Below, piece by piece: positions 9,018-19,786 of a DNA stretch of 64,000 bases. The stretch lies in contig CAWHCF010000006.1 of the NCBI GenBank assembly GCA_963827655.1, forward strand, positions 32,001-96,000, written 5' to 3'. Position numbers and translations under genes: made by a program. The notes under the pieces were generated by a model. It had not been told where the DNA came from, made no database searches, and saw nothing but the letters and a program-made list of their open reading frames with translations. Positions within the stretch are counted from its first letter, which is position 1. The number at the start of each line of letters is the position of its first letter. This stretch comes from an uncultured Acidobacteriota bacterium (lineage in GTDB: Bacteria; Acidobacteriota; UBA6911).

Positions 9018-10247
9018 CTAGACGTTGGTTTTTGTCAAAATCTGTTTGATCCGATCGGCAATAATAGTTTCCTCACCCGAGAGGAGATTGTACGGAAAGA
9101 TCCCAAGTCCCTTCCACGGCGGACGAAACTTTGTCATGTCACTTGCCTCAATCGGGGGTTCTCCGTCTCGCAGGAGCTTGACCATTTCTGCCAGAGTCAC
9201 ACCCAGTTTTCCCTCGTCCCACTGCACGGACAGCCGGGGAGAGTGGCTATAGTCTGAATTGGTGATGTATTCGGTGAACACCGTGGGAACGCCCTTGAGC
9301 CGCGCGGCGATGCGGTCGAGCATGGCGTGCCACTCCCGGCGCTCGGCAGCATGATCTTTCTTCAGATTCCACTCGACTGCAGCCAGCAGTCCGACGATCT
9401 CTTCCTTGCCCACCTTGGCGATACGCGCGAAACGATTGTGGGGAGAACTGTTGGCATAGGCCGCCTCGACCAGGTCCTTCCGGCCGAGCAACAAACCGCT
9501 GCACTGCGGTCCGCGCAGGTTTTTCCCCCCGCTGAAGGCTACCAGATCAGCTCCCATTTTGACGAACTTGCTGAGATTTTCCGCCGGTGGAATCTCGGCT
9601 GCAGCATCGAGGATCACGGGAATTTTAGCGCGGCGCGCGATCTCGATCAGTTCTTCGAGTTCCACCTTGTGGCCCATTGAGTTATGGCTAAGGACCATTG
9701 CCAGCGCCGCCGTTTTTTCGCCAATCGCGCGACGAATCTCCTCGGCCGTTTCGGCTTCGATCAACTTGACTCCGACCATTCGAAAAGCATGGTCGTACGA
9801 ATTCCGGTGAACCTTCTGAATGATGATTTCGCTTTTCATTCCGGTCAGGTCCGGCAGCCGGTCAATCCTGGCCGGGTCTTTTCCTGCAGTGACCGCGCAT
9901 GTCGCCAGGCAAAGGCTCGCCGAGGCCCCGGCCGTAACGAACGCCGCCTCGGCTCCGGTCAATTCGGCGAGTCGCTGCCCCACTTTCTCCTGAAGTTCGT
10001 GAATGCGGACGAATCGACGCGAAGCTTCTTCCATCGCGTGCCGGACTTCGGGGGGCATCACGCTGCCGCTCAAGGTGGTCAGGGTACCGACGGCGTTTAT
10101 GAAAGGCCGCACGCCCAGCCGGGAGTAGACTCCGGACGGGGCGTGCGAGGCTGTCTGAGCGCCGGCAAACACGCGGCTTCCCGCCGCCGGCAAGGCCCAT
10201 CCTGCGTGAAAGAACCTTCGGCGAGAGAGCTTATCGATCAATTTCAT
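9018..10247 (-). CDS. SelA-like/DgaE-family PLP-dependent enzyme with twin-arginine signal
   Basis: SRRRFF Tat motif; RPFINAVGTLT, ILDAAAE, FSGGKNLRGPQCSGLL (PLP lysine), KVGKEEIVG. Confidence 0.85.
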   Translation of the reverse strand: MKLIDKLSRRRFFHAGWALPAAGSRVFAGAQTASHAPSGVYSRLGVRPFINAVGTLTTLSGSVMPPEVRHAMEEASRRFVRIHELQEKVGQRLAELTGAEAAFVTAGASASLCLATCAVTAGKDPARIDRLPDLTGMKSEIIIQKVHRNSYDHAFRMVGVKLIEAETAEEIRRAIGEKTAALAMVLSHNSMGHKVELEELIEIARRAKIPVILDAAAEIPPAENLSKFVKMGADLVAFSGGKNLRGPQCSGLLLGRKDLVEAAYANSSPHNRFARIAKVGKEEIVGLLAAVEWNLKKDHAAERREWHAMLDRIAARLKGVPTVFTEYITNSDYSHSPRLSVQWDEGKLGVTLAEMVKLLRDGEPPIEASDMTKFRPPWKGLGIFPYNLLSGEETIIADRIKQILTKTNV

Positions 10248-10563
10248 GGGGCACCTCCTGAGAGCGAGAATATATCAGATTCCTTTGCGTCCCCCCGTCG
10301 AGTTTCTTACGCGCTTGATGAAACGTGCAAACCAACATGTAGTCGTTCACAAGGGGCCCTTTCGTTCGGGGCGAAGTCCCCGAACGAACCTTAGAGTCTT
10401 CGTGTCTTCGTGGTCAGCGCTGCGGAACAAACCCAACCACCAAGACACCAAGAAACGCTAGGCTCTTGTCGATGCGGGCGGCCTTGCACTATATTTCTAA
10501 GACCAAAATCCAGTTCTGGAGCGGTTTATGCACGGAGCGCTTGGATTCGTGAGGGTATAGCTT

Positions 10564-12024
10564 TTGGAGCAGATCGGAAAATACAGGATCTTGTCCAAGA
10601 TCGGCCAGGGAGGAATGGGTGTTGTCTACAAAGCCCAGGATCCAAAGATTGAGCGTGTCCTGGCCGTGAAGATCATCTCTGCCCGCCTCGATACGGAACC
10701 TGAGCTGCGCAGCCGTTTTCGTCAGGAGGCCCGTTCGGCGGCCCAACTCTCCCACAAGAACATCATAACAATCTTCGAGTACGACGAAGAGGATGGGCTC
10801 GCCTATCTGGCGATGGAGTTTCTTGACGGAGAAGATCTCAAGACCAAGATATCCGACCGGCAATGGATGCCTCTTGAACTGAAGCTTCGCATCATGAAAG
10901 AGGTGGCCGAGGGCCTCTCCCACGCTCACAAAATGGGGGTCATTCACCGCGATGTTAAACCGGGCAACATCTTCATCACGCGGTCGGGCGAGGTAAAGAT
11001 ACTCGACTTCGGGCTGGCCCGGCTCACGACATCGGAACTCACCCGGACGGGAGTTTCTATGGGAACTCCCGCCTACATGTCGCCTGAGCAACTCCGCTAC
11101 GACAGGGTCGATCACAAGTCTGACATATTCTCGGCCGGCGTCGTTTTCTATGAGCTGCTCACTTACCACAAGCCCTTCCATGGCGATTCGAATTTCTCTA
11201 TTTCTCTCAAGATCGTCGACAGCGACCCAGCCCCGGTGGAGGACCTGGAGAAGTCAATTCCGCCGGCGCTCTCGTCGATAATCCGCAGAGCGCTGGAAAA
11301 AGATCCCGCCAGACGGTACCAGACGATGGATGAGCTGCTCGAAGATCTGGATGAGGTCCGCCGCAACCTCGAAGAGCGCACTCTCCAGCTCCAGAGAGAG
11401 ATCGCCGAGGACAGCGGCAAACTAGAGCAATTATTGAGGGATCACAGGCAGTTTTTCCAAACCGAGTCGCCTGCAACATCACAAACTGGCGTTATAGTCA
11501 CTTCACCGCCCGCGGAATCGGCAGGCGATAAAGCGGATTCCGGCCGGAGATCGGGGTCACAGCTCGACTATCTCCGAACTCTGGAGATGCGAAACCAGAC
11601 GCGCATCGAGCTCGACCGGCTCAGCAACTCGCTGATAAAACGGAGGGAAGCGAGCAGGGTTCTCGCCCAGGCTGAGGAACTTGTTGACAAGGGAGACTTC
11701 GGATCGGCTCAGGAGAGCATTGAGAAGGTTCTCAGCCAGGATCCCGAGAGCACAGAGGCGCTGTTTTTGAAAGAGCGCATCGCCGAAAAAACCGCCGCGC
11801 GGGCCAGGCCACTCACGGACTCTTACCCCGGGGAAGGCGACGCCACACAAAGTCCGGTAGTTCCCGTTTTTGAAGAGACTGTAGAAATCGGAAAGCTCGA
11901 CCGGGCCGCCGGAACGATCCCAGCTGAACCCTCTGTCCTCAGAGTCTCTAAAGGATCTGACCCTAAGCCTCCGGCACCCCTCGAGACTGATTCCCTGACC
12001 CATAAGGCCGGCCAGGAGCAGTGA
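10564..12024 (+). CDS. Hanks-type Ser/Thr protein kinase with TPR-like region (probably N-terminal part of a frameshifted gene)
   Basis: GQGGMGVV, AVK, HRDVKPGN, DFG, GTPAYMSPEQ, SDIFSAG. Confidence 0.9.
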   Translation: MEQIGKYRILSKIGQGGMGVVYKAQDPKIERVLAVKIISARLDTEPELRSRFRQEARSAAQLSHKNIITIFEYDEEDGLAYLAMEFLDGEDLKTKISDRQWMPLELKLRIMKEVAEGLSHAHKMGVIHRDVKPGNIFITRSGEVKILDFGLARLTTSELTRTGVSMGTPAYMSPEQLRYDRVDHKSDIFSAGVVFYELLTYHKPFHGDSNFSISLKIVDSDPAPVEDLEKSIPPALSSIIRRALEKDPARRYQTMDELLEDLDEVRRNLEERTLQLQREIAEDSGKLEQLLRDHRQFFQTESPATSQTGVIVTSPPAESAGDKADSGRRSGSQLDYLRTLEMRNQTRIELDRLSNSLIKRREASRVLAQAEELVDKGDFGSAQESIEKVLSQDPESTEALFLKERIAEKTAARARPLTDSYPGEGDATQSPVVPVFEETVEIGKLDRAAGTIPAEPSVLRVSKGSDPKPPAPLETDSLTHKAGQEQ

Positions 12025-12034
12025 TGACTTCGCG

Positions 12035-13342
12035 TTGCTTGAAGACAGTCCCGTGACCCCGGTCGAACCGCCGCAAGCGCGACGACCCAGTTCACGCGTT
12101 TTGCTCTGGGCGGGTGGAGCAATCATCCTATCGGTACTGATCGTGGCGCTCCTCATTCTTCGGCAGAATTTCACGCCGACGCCCGACGTCGACGCGCAAC
12201 TGGCTTCCGCAAGGTCGCTGATCGAACAGAAACAGTACGACAGCGCAATCGACCTGCTGCGCCAGATTAGCGCCGCGCAACCGGCGAACACCGAGGCCCA
12301 GACTCTGCTGGGCGACGCTCAACGTCAGAAGGAAATTGCCGGACTGTTCGATCAGGCTCGGGACCTGACGGGCCAGAACCGTTTCGATGAGGCAAAGGTC
12401 GTTTACGACAGGCTGCTTCAGCTCGACCCTGCGAATAGTCAAGCGGCCGAGCTCAGGAGAGGTCTCGAGAGCACGATTGCGCCACCGCCGGTGACCGACG
12501 CCGACCCTCAGATCGACTCGCAAGCGTCTCTTGCCGAAATCCAGACTCTGATTGCAGCCAACAAGCTCGCGGAAGCGCAAGCGCGTCTGGACAAGGTGCT
12601 GGCCGCCAACCCGAGGGATCCGAAGGGCCTGGCTCTGCGCAAGGATATTCTCGCCCGCATGGAGGCGGCTCGCCGGCAAGCGCTCAAGCAGAAAGAATCG
12701 TTGGAAGCCAGTGAGAGACTGGCCGGACTCGAGCGTCAGGCCGAAACGTTGTTCCGAGAGGGGAAATACGCTCAACTCCCGACGGCGCTTGACGAATGGC
12801 TGATCGCCGATCCTCAGAGCGCGCGAGCCCTTCAGTTGAGGGAGCAACTAAAAGAACTCCAGGTGCAACAGCAGCGGTTCGAATCGGCTGCGAAGATCAA
12901 GAATCCGGACGAGGGCTTGAAGGCTCTTCAACAAATCGAAAGAATGAATCCAAGCGACCCCCGTCTTGCAGAACTCCGCCAGCGCCTTGCCGGCGAAGAA
13001 TTCAAGCCTGCGCCCGCACCCGCTCCGCTACCGCAGACCGCTGCGCCGGCGCGACGCCCCCCGGAACCCTTCTCGATACCCGTGGAACATGGCCACGTTC
13101 TGGGAAAATGCTCCGGCGACTTGCGCATGGATGGGACGACGTTGAGCTACAAGACCAGTCACAAGGACCACGGGTTCACGCTGCCGCTTGAAAAACTCAG
13201 GTTCACCACAGAGAACAACAAGGTAACCGTGATCGATTCGGCTACAAATTATCAGGTGAGAACCTTCAAGGCTCGCGATGCGGAGCAGGCAAAGAGCTTC
13301 ATGCAGGCCTGGGAACGATTGAAGGGAAACAAACCAGTGTAG
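12035..13342 (+). CDS. Single-TM TPR protein (probably C-terminal extracytoplasmic part of the kinase)
   Basis: TM helix VLLWAGGAIILSVLIVALLIL, TPR-like repeats; frame open from 11999 and overlapping the kinase end; no clear RBS. Confidence 0.7.
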   Translation: MLEDSPVTPVEPPQARRPSSRVLLWAGGAIILSVLIVALLILRQNFTPTPDVDAQLASARSLIEQKQYDSAIDLLRQISAAQPANTEAQTLLGDAQRQKEIAGLFDQARDLTGQNRFDEAKVVYDRLLQLDPANSQAAELRRGLESTIAPPPVTDADPQIDSQASLAEIQTLIAANKLAEAQARLDKVLAANPRDPKGLALRKDILARMEAARRQALKQKESLEASERLAGLERQAETLFREGKYAQLPTALDEWLIADPQSARALQLREQLKELQVQQQRFESAAKIKNPDEGLKALQQIERMNPSDPRLAELRQRLAGEEFKPAPAPAPLPQTAAPARRPPEPFSIPVEHGHVLGKCSGDLRMDGTTLSYKTSHKDHGFTLPLEKLRFTTENNKVTVIDSATNYQVRTFKARDAEQAKSFMQAWERLKGNKPV

Positions 13343-13388
13343 TTTTCTCAGGAAAAGCTTAGTCGGTGTTTCTTCGCGTCTTCGTGTC

Positions 13389-16300
13389 TCAGCGGTATTT
13401 GTTCTGGGTTACCGCCGGCCTGGGCGCCGGAACGGGAAAAACCCGGGTGTTATACCTCCGCCGATAGCTTCGATGCTCTTCGTCATCAGGATACTTCTCC
13501 GACGACGAGTACGGGAATTTTGACATTCCGTGAAAAGGGAGCGGGCCCATCACCTCGGGATAGAGCGAGTTGATGTCCATGTCTTTTCCGTAACCATCCG
13601 CGTACAACAGGTAGTCGCGCGCCCAGCCGGCCGGCAGCTGCGGGACTGAGCCGGCGTCGAAGCGCAGCGAGACTTCATCTCCGTGCCGGGTTATGACGAA
13701 CATGTCGTCTTTCTCGAGCAGAAGCTCCCGCACATCGCCAAAGCGCGTATAAGCCCCGGCATGCACGCCCCAGAGCTCAAACGGAAGAATTCGGCTGTAG
13801 TCGTATATCCACGGCAGCTTGCCATCGGGAGTGTAGTAGACAGGATAACCGCGGAAGTGCAGGTCGGCTGCTTCCGGTTCCAGGCGCGTCACCCGAATCT
13901 CGGCATGGTCCGAAGTGTCCACGCGTATGCGGTCCCAGTAGATTTTCATGCTGGTTACGATCCGAACCCGATAGTCATCCGACGGAAATTTTCCCGTCAA
14001 ATCGACCGTCATCGTTTTTGGCAGTCCGGCAGGAAACCCCAGGGACGGAATGACCGTCTTCCATTCGCCGGTTTTATCCTTCGTCTGGAGCAAGGGAGGG
14101 ATGAGCGCAACCCCGGCCTGGCTCGCCGCCAGATTAGAAGACGAATCGGCATAGTCGATCCATGCATCCATCAGCAACACAACTTTCTTTGAGCCGCTCA
14201 GGTTGCCAAGATCGAGCGTGATCGAGTGAGCCTCCGCGTAGCCCTTGAAAGGCAAAGAGCGAAACCTGTCAGGGTAAACGCGATCCTTCGAGGCAATCAG
14301 CGGCAAGATGTCTTCTCCCTGCTGATCCACGGCGGATCGAGGCGGTCGAGCATTACTCGCTGTGATTATCTTGAACTCAGGGAATGGAGGCCCGGGCATC
14401 AGGCGTTCGTCGGGATATACCTCGGTCGCCGCGGGGTGGTCTACCACGAGCAGTCGGGCCTGATCGAACATGATGATTTCTTCCAGCTGATTATTGAGGT
14501 TCAGCAGGTACTTCCCGTCACGAGGAATCAGCTGGCTTCCCTCGATGCGGATATATTCATCGGTATCCGGTGTGCTGTACCGGCCGGGAGCTTGCAGATA
14601 ACCGATGGCGCAGCCTCCCAGAAAATCAGTGACAAACTCAAACTGTTTGCCGTTCCATGCATAAAGGAGCGGGCAGGAGGTTCCTTTACGATCCAGCTCT
14701 TTCACTCGCACGACCCGGTCGGCTGCCACATTGATTTCACTCTGCAAAACGCCGCTGGGCCAGCGCACCGTGATGGAATCTACCTTGGTCGAGTCGAGCC
14801 CCAACCACACCATCTGGCTGTCCTGAGAAAGGTGGCGGCCGTGTCCCTGGACTTCGAACTTCTGGTACAGAGCGCCGGCCCGAATCTCCACCTTTGCTCC
14901 GAGCCCCAGCTTGTTGCTGCGCAACCCTTCCAGTTGAACCGCAACCCAATGGCTGGAATTTCCGGTTTCGTTCTGCCAGACCTGCGGATTTCCGAAAGAA
15001 TCGAGGCAGAGGATGTCAACGCGCCCGTCGCCGTTCAGGTCGGCTGACGGCAGAGCCGCCCCCGGCCGCGAAACCGGTGAGACGGCCGGCGAAAGCGAAG
15101 CTTCCGTCCCCGGCGTTCTCCCACAGGCTGCCACCGTCTTTTTCCCCCAGCAGATAGAGGTCAAGATCCCCATCGCGGTCATAGTCCAGCACGCCTGAAC
15201 CCCAGCGTGACACTCGCGCCAGCAAAGCGGCGGAACGGGAATCAGCCTGCAACGAGCCGTCACCTTTATTCAGAAGCAGAAAATTTCGTCCCTGCTCTCC
15301 ACCTGAGAGAAAGAAATCCATCGCTCCGTCCCGGTTGAAGTCGGCCACCGTCAGGGCGCGGGAAGCTGTCTCAATGCCCGGGCCTGCTTTCCGAAAAATC
15401 TCCGTGAAACGGTCGTTACGATCGTTGGTAAAAAGTTGCGGCGGCGCGTCGTCGTTTAAAACGACCATGTCGATATCACGATCGTTGTCCAGATCTGTAG
15501 CGATCATCCCCAGGCTGCGATGGTTCCCTCCACCCACTCCCAGGGCGCTCGTGTAATCGGCAAAGGTCCCGTCACCGTTGTTGCGATACACGCGGTTGGA
15601 AGAGCCCGCAAGAGAAGAAGGGAACTTCAGCTGTCCCCCCGCGGGAACCTGGGAGGCATCGACGTAATGGCATACATAAAGATCAAGATCCCCATCGTGA
15701 TCGTAGTCGACGAATGCGCCGGAGAGTGCAACTCCGTCGTCGCCTACTTTGGCGGTGGCGGTGACATCCTGAAAGCGCCACTGACCGAGATTGCGAAACA
15801 GACGGTTCCCGCCCAGGCCGGCCAGATAGATGTCGGGCAGCATGTCGTTGTCATAATCTCCAATGGCGGCGCTTATCTGGCCGCCGCTGTTTTTGATGCC
15901 CGAGGACGACGAGCTGTCGGTGAACCTCCCCTTCCCGTCGTTACGCAAGAGGTAAGTCTCCCAGGCGCGCCGCTGCTGTTGAAACCGCGTAATGACGGCA
16001 TCCACGTCGCCGTCATTGTCCAGGTCCGATAGAGCGACGCCACCCCCGAGCTCGGGAAGCAAGCGCGACTTCAGGTACTCGAGGCTCCATTCCGCAGACG
16101 AGAACTCCGAAACGGACTGGAATGGGGATGTATTCACACCGAGTTCGCCCAGTCCCGCTTCGCGCGTTGTGGCCTTGAAAGGGGCGGAAGCATCCAGGGG
16201 CTTGGGGGCCAACGTAACCGGACTGACGACGGGCTTATACTCCATAGCCATGGCATAAGCGCCCATTTCACCGTATTGATTCCCCATGCCGGTGCCGCCG

Positions 16301-16920
16301 CCCGCCTCCCCTTTCTGCTGCAAGGTTCGGAACTGTTCCAGGATTCGATTCCCTTCTTCTGCGCGACCGGTCTTGAGAAGCAAGGAACCGAGGTTGTACA
16401 TCGCGGATGTATTCAAGGGATCCAATTCCAGCGAGCGTCTCAGCGCCGACTCGGCTTGCTCGTTCGAACGCAATCTGGCTCTCAGAACTCCCAGATTATA
16501 GAAGCTGGCTGAGTCTTTCGGATCCAGTTGGGTGACCCGGAGGAAGTGCTCAACGGATTGTTCGTATTCCCCCCTGTTTTTGTGAATAAGGCCAAGCGAG
16601 TAATGGATGTGAGGGCTCGCGGGCTCGCGGGTCAAAGCATCCTGAAGCGTGGACTGTGCCTCATCATAATCCTGTTTGTACAGGAGAGCCAACCCCAGGT
16701 TGATCCGGGCTTGATTAAATGTGGCGTCGGCGTCCACTGCCTTGCGAAATGCCGCCGCAGCTTCGGTGTAAGAGTACTGGTTCATATAGGCGACGCCGAT
16801 GTTGTTCTGCTCGATCGCAGTACGCGAATCGCTCCACGCCGCTGAGGCAATCAGCGCCAGGGGAAGGCAGCAGGCAATGGTTCGAAGGGAACAGGACCCG
16901 TTGCGGAGAATTGAAAACAT
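13389..16920 (-). CDS. TPR + FG-GAP/VCBS repeat + ASPIC/UnbV (CRTAC1-like) exported protein, frameshifted near 15046
   Basis: Track ORFs 15016-16920 and 13389-15263 join as GSAV|ADLNGDGRVD after removing one base; DxDNDG repeats, LGAKVEI..VRWPSG ASPIC domain, SCPLLYAWNG C-terminal domain. Confidence 0.85.
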
Positions 16921-17051
16921 AGGTGTGTTCCTTTTCTTTTAAGTTGGCTGCGAAAGATTATAGCAACTTTCCGTGTGTCATTACGCCTTCGTGGCAAGTT
17001 GACACCACGGAAAGGCTCTGTTATCAATCTGTCAAAAAACCGGAGCAAGAA

Positions 17052-17867
17052 ATGACCTCCGCCTCGCAAGCGGTACGTGTTGCCGACGATCAGAAGGTCT
17101 ACGAACGGCTCCAGATCATCGCGCATGAACGAACCCACCGTAAAGTATTAGAAATTTTTGCCGATTTTCCCGATCGCGGCACGCTCCTGGAAATTCCTGC
17201 CGGAGAGGGAGCTCTAGCCTGGCAACTGAAGAAACTGGGCTATACCGTGACCGCAGGCGATATCGACCCTCGCTTTTTCAAGGTGACGCCCATACCCTGC
17301 ATCTATCTTGATTTGAACCAGGAATTCCCGGTCAAGAATGAAGAATTCGATTTCATAAGTTGTATTGAAGGAATCGAGCACCTTCAAGACCAGTTCCGAT
17401 TCGTGCGCGAGTGCCATCGGGTGCTGCGCCCGAATGGCCGTCTGGTGATCTCGACACCCAACGTCCTGAACCTCGCGTCGCGGCTCAAGTTTCTCTTTTC
17501 GGGTTTCTACTCGCTCTTTCCCCGGCCCGTGAACGAGTTCAGCCTGGTACCCGTTTTCGATCACATCAGTCCGGTCACTTACTACCAGCTCCGCTACATG
17601 CTCCATACTCAAGGGTTCCGAATTACCCACGTCACTTCTGATCTCCAGCGGCGGGGCGCGTCGGCCCTGTATTTCCTGAAACCCCTTATCCACCTCTATA
17701 CCATCCGCACAATGAGGAAAGAGCCGGATCCGCGTCAGCGCAAAACTAATCGAGAAATACGGCAGGTACTGACCTCCCCATCGATTCTGTTGGGAAGGAC
17801 GCTGATTCTGGTCGCCCGGAAATCAACCCATCAGGCGATTCCAACCGTCCAGGCATCGCAGGTCTGA
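17052..17867 (+). CDS. Class I SAM-dependent methyltransferase
   Basis: LLEIPAGEG motif I, FDFISCIEGIEHL, VLRPNGRLVISTPN. Confidence 0.85.
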   Translation: MTSASQAVRVADDQKVYERLQIIAHERTHRKVLEIFADFPDRGTLLEIPAGEGALAWQLKKLGYTVTAGDIDPRFFKVTPIPCIYLDLNQEFPVKNEEFDFISCIEGIEHLQDQFRFVRECHRVLRPNGRLVISTPNVLNLASRLKFLFSGFYSLFPRPVNEFSLVPVFDHISPVTYYQLRYMLHTQGFRITHVTSDLQRRGASALYFLKPLIHLYTIRTMRKEPDPRQRKTNREIRQVLTSPSILLGRTLILVARKSTHQAIPTVQASQV

Positions 17868-17945
17868 CCACTGTCTTTCTTCGCGTTTCTTCGAGTCTTC
17901 GTGTCTTAGAGGTTGGTTTTTGTTGCAATCGAATATAATCGGACC

Positions 17946-18716
17946 ATGACCGAAGAAGCGGGCGTCGTCTTCATCACGGGAGCCGGCAAAGGGCTCGGCA
18001 GGCGCATGGCGCTCGCGTTCGGCGCTCGCGGTTTCGGAGTGGCCGTCACAGGAATAGAAGGTACGCGTGAAACCGGCGAAGAGCTGCGCGCCAAGGGAAC
18101 CCACGCGCTCGATATTCACCTGGATCTAACCCGGCCCGAGCAAATCGAAGAGGGCGTGGCGCGCGCGTTAACCGAATTCGGTTCTATCGATGTGCTCGTC
18201 AACAATGCGGGCGTCGAAGGCCCAACTGCGCCAGTGGCGCAGGTCTCGCTTCGAGACTGGGAAACAACCCTGGCTGTCAACCTCACGGGCGCCTTCCTCT
18301 GTGATCGCGCCCTTATCCCACACATGATGGCGCGCCGATCGGGTTGCATTATCCATATTTCCTCCGTGGCCGGAACCCACGCCTATCCGATGAGAGCGCC
18401 CTACGCCGTCTCCAAGTGGGCTCTGATCGGGCTGACAGAAACGCTGGCCGCCGAGCTCGGGCCTTACAACCTTCGGGTAAATACCATTTGCCCGGGGCCG
18501 GTGCAAGGCGATCGCATGGGCCGCGTCATCGCCGAGCGGGCGCGCGCACAGGGCCGCAGTCCTGGCGAGATCGAAGAGGAGTATCGAGCCAAATCGGCCC
18601 TCCATCGAATGGTTGAGCCTGAAGACGTGGTCGCGCTGGTCTTGTTCCTCGCCTCCGACGCCGCTCGGAGTATTACAGGGCAGGCGATCAGTGTATGCGG
18701 CGGATACGGACTCTGA
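17946..18716 (+). CDS. Short-chain dehydrogenase/reductase
   Basis: TGAGKGLG, NNAG, YAVSK. Confidence 0.92.
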   Translation: MTEEAGVVFITGAGKGLGRRMALAFGARGFGVAVTGIEGTRETGEELRAKGTHALDIHLDLTRPEQIEEGVARALTEFGSIDVLVNNAGVEGPTAPVAQVSLRDWETTLAVNLTGAFLCDRALIPHMMARRSGCIIHISSVAGTHAYPMRAPYAVSKWALIGLTETLAAELGPYNLRVNTICPGPVQGDRMGRVIAERARAQGRSPGEIEEEYRAKSALHRMVEPEDVVALVLFLASDAARSITGQAISVCGGYGL

Positions 18717-18717
18717 C

Positions 18718-18830
18718 GATTGCGGATTGCGGATTGCAGATTGCGGATTGTAGGGATTGCCATCAATAGATCTGCAGAACTCCTGAATCGGGATCCTAAT
18801 CCGCAATCCGCAATCTGCAATCCGCAATCG
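18718..18830. repeat. Inverted pair of heptamer tandem arrays, (GATTGCG)n ... (AATCCGC)n
   Basis: Arrays at 18718-18750 and 18798-18830 are reverse complements. Confidence 0.9.
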
Positions 18831-18844
18831 AAAGGGGGTCAGAT

Positions 18845-19243
18845 ATGAACAGGAATCGTGGGCTGAAGGTGCTGGACGAAATGCTGGGAGCGGAGGCCGC
18901 GCGAGATGTGCGCCAGAACTGGCAAAAGATCTGCCCTGATTTCGAGAAATACGTGGTTGAATTCCTTTCGGGCGAGGTCTGGGCTCGTCCAAGGCTCAGC
19001 CGCAAAATCAAAAGTCTGTGCACGATTGCAGCTTTGGCGGCGCTGGGACGCAACCGCGGGCTTGAACTCAATATTCGGATGGCTCGCAACAACGGCGCGT
19101 CACGAGAGGAGATTCAGGAAACCCTGCTCCAGATTGCGCCGTATGCCGGCTTCCCCGCAGCATGGGAAGCCCTGGTGTTGACCAACCAGGTATTGGGGAC
19201 GGAGAAGGGAAACGGAAGAAAACCAACCAAGCGCAGACGCTAA
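18845..19243 (+). CDS. Carboxymuconolactone decarboxylase (CMD/AhpD-like) family protein
   Basis: GEVWARPRLS..KSLCTIAALAALG, EIQETLLQIAPYAGFP. Confidence 0.88.
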   Translation: MNRNRGLKVLDEMLGAEAARDVRQNWQKICPDFEKYVVEFLSGEVWARPRLSRKIKSLCTIAALAALGRNRGLELNIRMARNNGASREEIQETLLQIAPYAGFPAAWEALVLTNQVLGTEKGNGRKPTKRRR

Positions 19244-19257
19244 GCAACGGCGAAGAC

Positions 19258-19707
19258 TCAGGTGCTGGCACTCGACCGGACCTCGCGATTGAGAGACTCG
19301 AAGAACTGATGCAGCAGCGTCGTCGCCATGCCCTGCAGCATGCGTTGACCCACGGACGCAATCAGCCCGCCTACCTGGACATCGGCCGAGTATCGAAAAT
19401 CGGTGGATCCTGCTTCTTGAGTCAGAGTGACGGATGCCACGCCGCGAACGAATCCGGGAGTTCCCTTCCCTTCCACCGTCAGCTTGTAAGACTTTGGTGG
19501 GTTCAAATCCGACATCGTAACGGTCCCGTTGTAGGATCCCCTGATGGCGCCAATCCCGATCTTGAGAACCGCCTTGTAGATATTCTCACCCATCGGTTCC
19601 AGGCGTTCGCAGCCGGGAATGCAACGGGTGAGGACCGCCGGGTCCATGAGCAGGCTCCAGACCCGCTGCCGGTCGGCGGGAAGCTCTCGAACGCCCTCAA
19701 CCTTCAT
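19258..19707 (-). CDS. coxG: CoxG (SRPBCC) accessory protein
   Basis: VWSLLMDP..CIPGCE, VGGLIASVGQR; follows coxSLM. Confidence 0.85.
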   Translation of the reverse strand: MKVEGVRELPADRQRVWSLLMDPAVLTRCIPGCERLEPMGENIYKAVLKIGIGAIRGSYNGTVTMSDLNPPKSYKLTVEGKGTPGFVRGVASVTLTQEAGSTDFRYSADVQVGGLIASVGQRMLQGMATTLLHQFFESLNREVRSSAST

Positions 19708-19786
19708 TGATGAACCCCAACTCTTTTTGCGTCTCAGGGATGGCCTTGATCATTGCGCGCCAGCAGAGCGGCCAGGAAAACAAAGG

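Noticed and set aside
9018-10247. True selenocysteine synthase SelA
   Set aside because: Tat signal and FSGGK/KVGKEE motifs fit the DgaE-like branch; no selB/selC adjacent.
10361-10388. 11-bp hairpin as an intrinsic terminator
   Set aside because: Lies between divergent genes with no U-tract; more likely an isolated REP-like palindrome.
12022-12027. Selenocysteine or read-through at the kinase TGA
   Set aside because: Two consecutive stops, and the downstream ORF is in a different frame.
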